A DNA stretch of 32,124 nt, taken from the NCBI GenBank assembly GCA_963692865.2, contig CAXXHI010000002.1, positions 1 to 32,124 on the forward strand, given 5' to 3'. Under the pieces are notes generated by a model. The model was not told where the DNA came from. It made no database searches and worked only from the letters and a program-made list of their open reading frames with translations. This document shows, one piece after another, positions 28,483-32,124 of the stretch (the stretch's first letter is position 1; each line of letters opens with the position of its first letter). This DNA comes from a bacterium. GTDB taxonomy: Bacteria; UBA8248. Made by a program: the position numbers and the translations under genes.

Positions 28483-29463
28483 GTGGGTATGAGTTTTAGT
28501 CTTCACTTGGTGCCGGACGACATCCGGCTCGTGGCGCAGCGTTCGAAATACGCGGAGGACAACGGTTTCGAACAGGTCTGGATAGCGGAGAGCCACCTCA
28601 CCTGCCGGGATCACAACGTCGCGCTCGCCCTGGCGATAGAGAACACCTCGCACGTGAAAATCGGCCCCGGCGTGACGAACCCGGTGCTGCACGACGACAG
28701 CGTGGCGGCGAGCGCCATCGCCACGCTCGACGAACTCTCGGGCGGCCGCGTGCTGTTCGGCATCGGCTCGGGAGACACGCCCGTCTACACGCTGGGAAAG
28801 AAGATGGCCAGACTCGCCCGGATGCGCGAGTCCATCGCGGCCGTTCGCGCGTTCACGCGCGGCGAGACGGTGGAATACGCCGAAGGCGTGAACGTGAAGA
28901 TGTGGTGTGAGCGCGATATCCCCATCTACACCTCCGCCGAAGGCCCGAGGACGCTCGCCATGTCGGCGGAGGTCGCCGACGGCGTCATCGTCGGTTCGGG
29001 CGTCTACCAGGAGACGGTGGACTGGGTGATGAAGTACCTGAACGAGGGGATGGCGAATCGCGACGCCTCTCTCGGGGAGATGGACGTCATATTCGGCGCG
29101 GTCGTCTCGGTGGACACAGACGGCGTGCGCGCGCGCGAGAAGGTGCGGGCGCGGGTGGCGAACCGCGCGCACCACAACTTCCGCATGACGCTCGACTCGG
29201 TGCCCGACCCGTTCAAGCCAGAGATTCAGAACCTCCTCGACAACTTCGACGTGAGCAACTGGCGGGATCCCAAGCACGTGCCCCTCATCACCGACTACAT
29301 TCTGGACCGTTTCACCATCACGGGAACGCCCGAGCAGTGCGTCGAGCGCATCCAGGAAATCGAGTCCTACGGCGTCAAGAGCATCATGATCGACCCGCCG
29401 GTCCAGGATTTCGACGAATCGCTCAGAATGTTCACCGAAGAGGTTTTGCCCAGGTGCGTATGA
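28483..29463 (+). CDS. LLM class oxidoreductase, Mer-like (possibly F420-dependent)
   Basis: WIAESH, IGPGVTNP, ATLDELSGGRVLFGIGSGD and GPRTLAMSAEVADG resemble methylene-H4MPT reductase-like LLMs. Confidence 0.8.
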   Translation: MGMSFSLHLVPDDIRLVAQRSKYAEDNGFEQVWIAESHLTCRDHNVALALAIENTSHVKIGPGVTNPVLHDDSVAASAIATLDELSGGRVLFGIGSGDTPVYTLGKKMARLARMRESIAAVRAFTRGETVEYAEGVNVKMWCERDIPIYTSAEGPRTLAMSAEVADGVIVGSGVYQETVDWVMKYLNEGMANRDASLGEMDVIFGAVVSVDTDGVRAREKVRARVANRAHHNFRMTLDSVPDPFKPEIQNLLDNFDVSNWRDPKHVPLITDYILDRFTITGTPEQCVERIQEIESYGVKSIMIDPPVQDFDESLRMFTEEVLPRCV

Positions 29464-29511
29464 TCGCATCCGGGGCGCAATCGAAAGTCTTTTTCTTATG
29501 AGGAACCAAAA

Positions 29512-29910
29512 ATGGCGCTGATACCCGAATCTCATGCAGGCATTCTCGACACCAAGGCCCTCCTGTATCTGGGAACCCAGAACAAGGACGGCTCTCCCCA
29601 GGTCTCTCCCGTGTGGTTCGGGACCAACGGGGACATCATCGAGGTCAATTCGGCCAAGGGGCGTCTCAAGGACCTGAACATGCGCGCGCGTCCCAAGGTG
29701 TCGATGGCCATCGTCGACCCCGAAAACGCCTACAGGTGGGTGGGGTTGCAGGGCACGGTGGTCGAGATAACCGAGAACGGGGCGGAAGAGCACATCGACG
29801 CCCTGGCGAATAAGTACCTGGGCGTGGACAGCTACCCGAACCGTCAGGCGGGGCAGGTGCGCGTCATCTACCGCATCCGGGCGGACAAGGTGTTCACGAT
29901 GGGCGCGTAA
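29512..29910 (+). CDS. PPOX class (split beta-barrel) putative F420-dependent oxidoreductase
   Basis: DGSPQVSPVWF, GRLKDLNMRARPKV, DPENAYRWVGLQG and HIDALANKYLG match the Rv1155-like pattern. Confidence 0.85.
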   Translation: MALIPESHAGILDTKALLYLGTQNKDGSPQVSPVWFGTNGDIIEVNSAKGRLKDLNMRARPKVSMAIVDPENAYRWVGLQGTVVEITENGAEEHIDALANKYLGVDSYPNRQAGQVRVIYRIRADKVFTMGA

Positions 29911-29955
29911 GCCGCCACGCGCACACGATTTTTGCAAGGGATGGAGACCTGAAAG

Positions 29956-31011
29956 ATGAAATTCTCGCTTTTCTATATTCCTGCCTGTCAGGAAGGGGAG
30001 ACCTATCAGCGCGAGTTCGATCTGCTGATCGAACAGTGCGAGGTGGCCGACGAGCTCGGCTACGATACCGTGTTCCTGGCCGAGCACCACTTCTCCCGCG
30101 TGGGCATGTGCCCCGACGCCCTGATGGTCGCGCTCGCCATCGCGCAAAGAACGAAGAAGATACGGATCGGCACCGCCATCTGCATCATGCCCTTCCACAA
30201 TCCGGTGCGCCTGGCCGAACAGGCCGCTCTGGTCGACGTGCTGAGCGGCGGTCGCCTGGAGTTGGGCGTGGGCCGAGGCTCCCAGCCCAAGGAGTTTCAG
30301 GGCTTCAACATCTCACCGTCTGAGAGCAGGGAGAAGATGCAGGAGGGCCTCGAGGTGATGACCCGCCTGCTGGAGGGGGAATGCCTCACCTTCCACGGGA
30401 AGCACTACAGTTGCATCGACGCGGAGATTTTCCCGAAACCCGTCCAGAAGCCGCGCCCTCCCATCTGGCTGGCCGGCACGAGTCCCGAAACCTACGTCTT
30501 TGCCGGAGAGAAGGGATTCAACATCATGGCGTCGGGCACCTTCAAGGGTCCTGACGTGTATCTGGAGAAGATGACGCTCTTCCAGGAAACCGTGCGGAAG
30601 CGAGGCGGCGACCCGAGCAATTATCCCTCACTCATGGCGCACCACGTCCACGTGTGCGACGACCCCGAGCACGCCTGGAAGCAGATCGAACCCTCCGAAT
30701 CGTGGTATCTCTCCTACCGCAGCGCGGTGAACGCCATCGAGATGCCGCTGGAGGAGAAAGAGGCGCTCAAGCGCAACTGGAGCTACGACGTCGACATCCG
30801 CCAAGTCATCGAGGGCGGCGGCGTCATCGGCTCGCCGGATAAGGTGATCGCCGACCTCAAGCGGCTCCAGAAGGAGTTCAAGGTGAACCACATCATGATC
30901 TTCGTGCTGCGCGGCATCGCCCAGGACGAGGCGATTCAGTCGATAGAGCGGTTTGCGGAAGAAGTGATGCCCGCGTTCGCAGAAGAGCGCGCGGCAAGTT
31001 CAAGCGAATAA
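29956..31011 (+). CDS. LLM class (luciferase-like) flavin-dependent oxidoreductase, paralogue B
   Basis: FLAEHHF, HNPVRLAEQAALVDVLSGGRLELGVGRG and PKPVQKPRPPIW motifs. Confidence 0.9.
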   Translation: MKFSLFYIPACQEGETYQREFDLLIEQCEVADELGYDTVFLAEHHFSRVGMCPDALMVALAIAQRTKKIRIGTAICIMPFHNPVRLAEQAALVDVLSGGRLELGVGRGSQPKEFQGFNISPSESREKMQEGLEVMTRLLEGECLTFHGKHYSCIDAEIFPKPVQKPRPPIWLAGTSPETYVFAGEKGFNIMASGTFKGPDVYLEKMTLFQETVRKRGGDPSNYPSLMAHHVHVCDDPEHAWKQIEPSESWYLSYRSAVNAIEMPLEEKEALKRNWSYDVDIRQVIEGGGVIGSPDKVIADLKRLQKEFKVNHIMIFVLRGIAQDEAIQSIERFAEEVMPAFAEERAASSSE

Positions 31012-31035
31012 CGTTTGTTTCAAGGAGAACGGAGA

Positions 31036-31635
31036 ATGTGGATATCCCCATTAAGGCTGAATGACGCCCAGGAACCCGCGCGCGGGATTCTCGAGGGCAT
31101 CCGGGCGAAAAGAGGCGCGGTGCCCAAACTGCTGCTCACGATGGCGCGCAGGCCCCAGGTCCTGAACGGGCGCCAGACGATGAACATGGCCGTCCACGGC
31201 GGCAATTCGACGCTGGGCCAAAGGCGCGAGGAGTTGATCTCCTACTACGTCGCCACCATCGGCGGGTGCTATGGCTGAACGATGAACCATGGCCAGGCTT
31301 TCCGTGCTGAAAGCGGCGACGACGTAACGCTGGCCGACGTGGCCACCGTGGTGACGGACAGGGACGATTCTCCGGCTCTCGACGATGCGGACAAGGCGAT
31401 GCTCGCCTTCGCCGAAAAACTCACGTTCGACCACTACGCCATGAGCGAGGCGGACCTGGACGCGCTGCGCGAGGCGGGGTTCTCAGATGAGAACATATTG
31501 GACATCATCGGCTCCGTCTCGTACCGGAACATGAGCAACCGGCTGAATCTGGCGCTCGGCCTCGACGCGGTCGAACCCGAAGGCCCCGATGAGCTGATGG
31601 AGGTGGTGCGCTTTTCGAGAACCGCGCGGGCTTAA
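31036..31635 (+). CDS. AhpD/carboxymuconolactone decarboxylase family peroxidase-related protein, probable selenoprotein (CxxU; TGA at 31276-31278, codon 81)
   Basis: ORFs 31015..31278 and 31282..31635 share a frame and are separated only by TGA. The joined 199-aa protein reads REELISYYVATIGGCYG-U-TMNHG...AMLAFAEKLT...LREAGFSDENILDII...NMSNRLNLALG. Confidence 0.8.
31297..31314 (+). promoter_or_regulatory. Candidate bacterial SECIS hairpin
   Basis: GCTTTC-cgtgct-GAAAGC stem-loop starts 18 nt after the TGA, with G at loop position 2. ggccag/ctggcc could form a lower stem. Confidence 0.45.
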
Positions 31636-31753
31636 AAACGTATTTCCGCTCGCCGGCCCCACAACGCCCGGCCGGTGATTAACAGGCAAATTCGCCATCG
31701 TTCATTTGCGCCCCCTTGCGGGCCGCGAAACAACCCAGAAAGGAAGGGTTTCC

Positions 31754-32124
31754 ATGCCAGACCTCACCATCCGTCCGCTGAACTGCGGCACCATCCATAC
31801 GGATTATTCCAATATGGTGTATTGGACGAATTTCGGGACGAAACTCGAGATTCCCTCGTTCATCTACATGATCGAGGGGGCGAAGGACCACGACGGGAAA
31901 GACGTGAAAATCGTCGTCGACACCAGTTTTCTGGACCCCGAGCGCGGCGGCGCTCCCTGGCCCGCGAGCCGGGAGCCCGGCCAGGGCGTGCGCGAACAGT
32001 TGGAAGGCGCGGGCTGGAAGCCCGAGGAAGTGGACATTCTCATCCTCACTCACTTGCACTGGGATCATTCCCAGAACTGCGATCTGTTCACCAACGCGAT
32101 CAAATACGTGTGGGCGGAGGAGCT
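31754..32124 (+). CDS. MBL-fold metallohydrolase, N-acyl homoserine lactonase-like (3'-truncated by window; absent from ORF track)
   Basis: Translated manually: MPDLTIRPLNCG...IVVDTS...ILILTHLHWDHSQN (HxHxDH); AGGAAGG upstream. Confidence 0.85.
   Translation, partial: MPDLTIRPLNCGTIHTDYSNMVYWTNFGTKLEIPSFIYMIEGAKDHDGKDVKIVVDTSFLDPERGGAPWPASREPGQGVREQLEGAGWKPEEVDILILTHLHWDHSQNCDLFTNAIKYVWAEE

Noticed and set aside
28387-30198. 603-aa minus-strand ORF
   Set aside because: Antisense to the LLM and PPOX genes; explained by codon bias
31015-31635. Two separate small genes or a nonsense pseudogene
   Set aside because: The TGA falls exactly on the catalytic Cys position and both halves form one continuous AhpD-like domain, so recoding is more parsimonious, though unproven

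Overview
GC-rich bacterial chromosomal window packed with about 31 accessory catabolic, redox and transport genes. I see no rRNA, tRNA, CRISPR array, transposase or transcription factor. From left to right it holds: a partial Gfo/Idh/MocA oxidoreductase, trmL and a dialkylglycine-decarboxylase-like aminotransferase; an operon of acyl-CoA ligase, AtzF-like amidase, two beta-hydroxyacid dehydrogenases and an amidase; a BisC-type molybdoenzyme abutting a three-domain Rid protein; CinA, AcuI and YaiI; a small protein plus amidase plus amidohydrolase; bicupin, Rieske ferredoxin and enolase; Gfo, AstE and cupin; a convergent ABC permease/ATPase pair; TauE; and a final operon of LLM, Mer-like LLM, PPOX, LLM, AhpD/CMD and an MBL hydrolase. 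The best lead is the AhpD/CMD gene, split by an in-frame TGA exactly at the second Cys of its CxxC motif (C-Y-G-TGA) and followed by a SECIS-like hairpin. It is a probable selenoprotein inside a putative flavin/F420 redox operon with two close LLM paralogues. Other leads: a probable amidohydrolase-related dinuclear oxygenase with a nearby Rieske partner, two related MITE/REP composite elements, and three frameshifts that all restore to CCTGG (probably sequencing errors).
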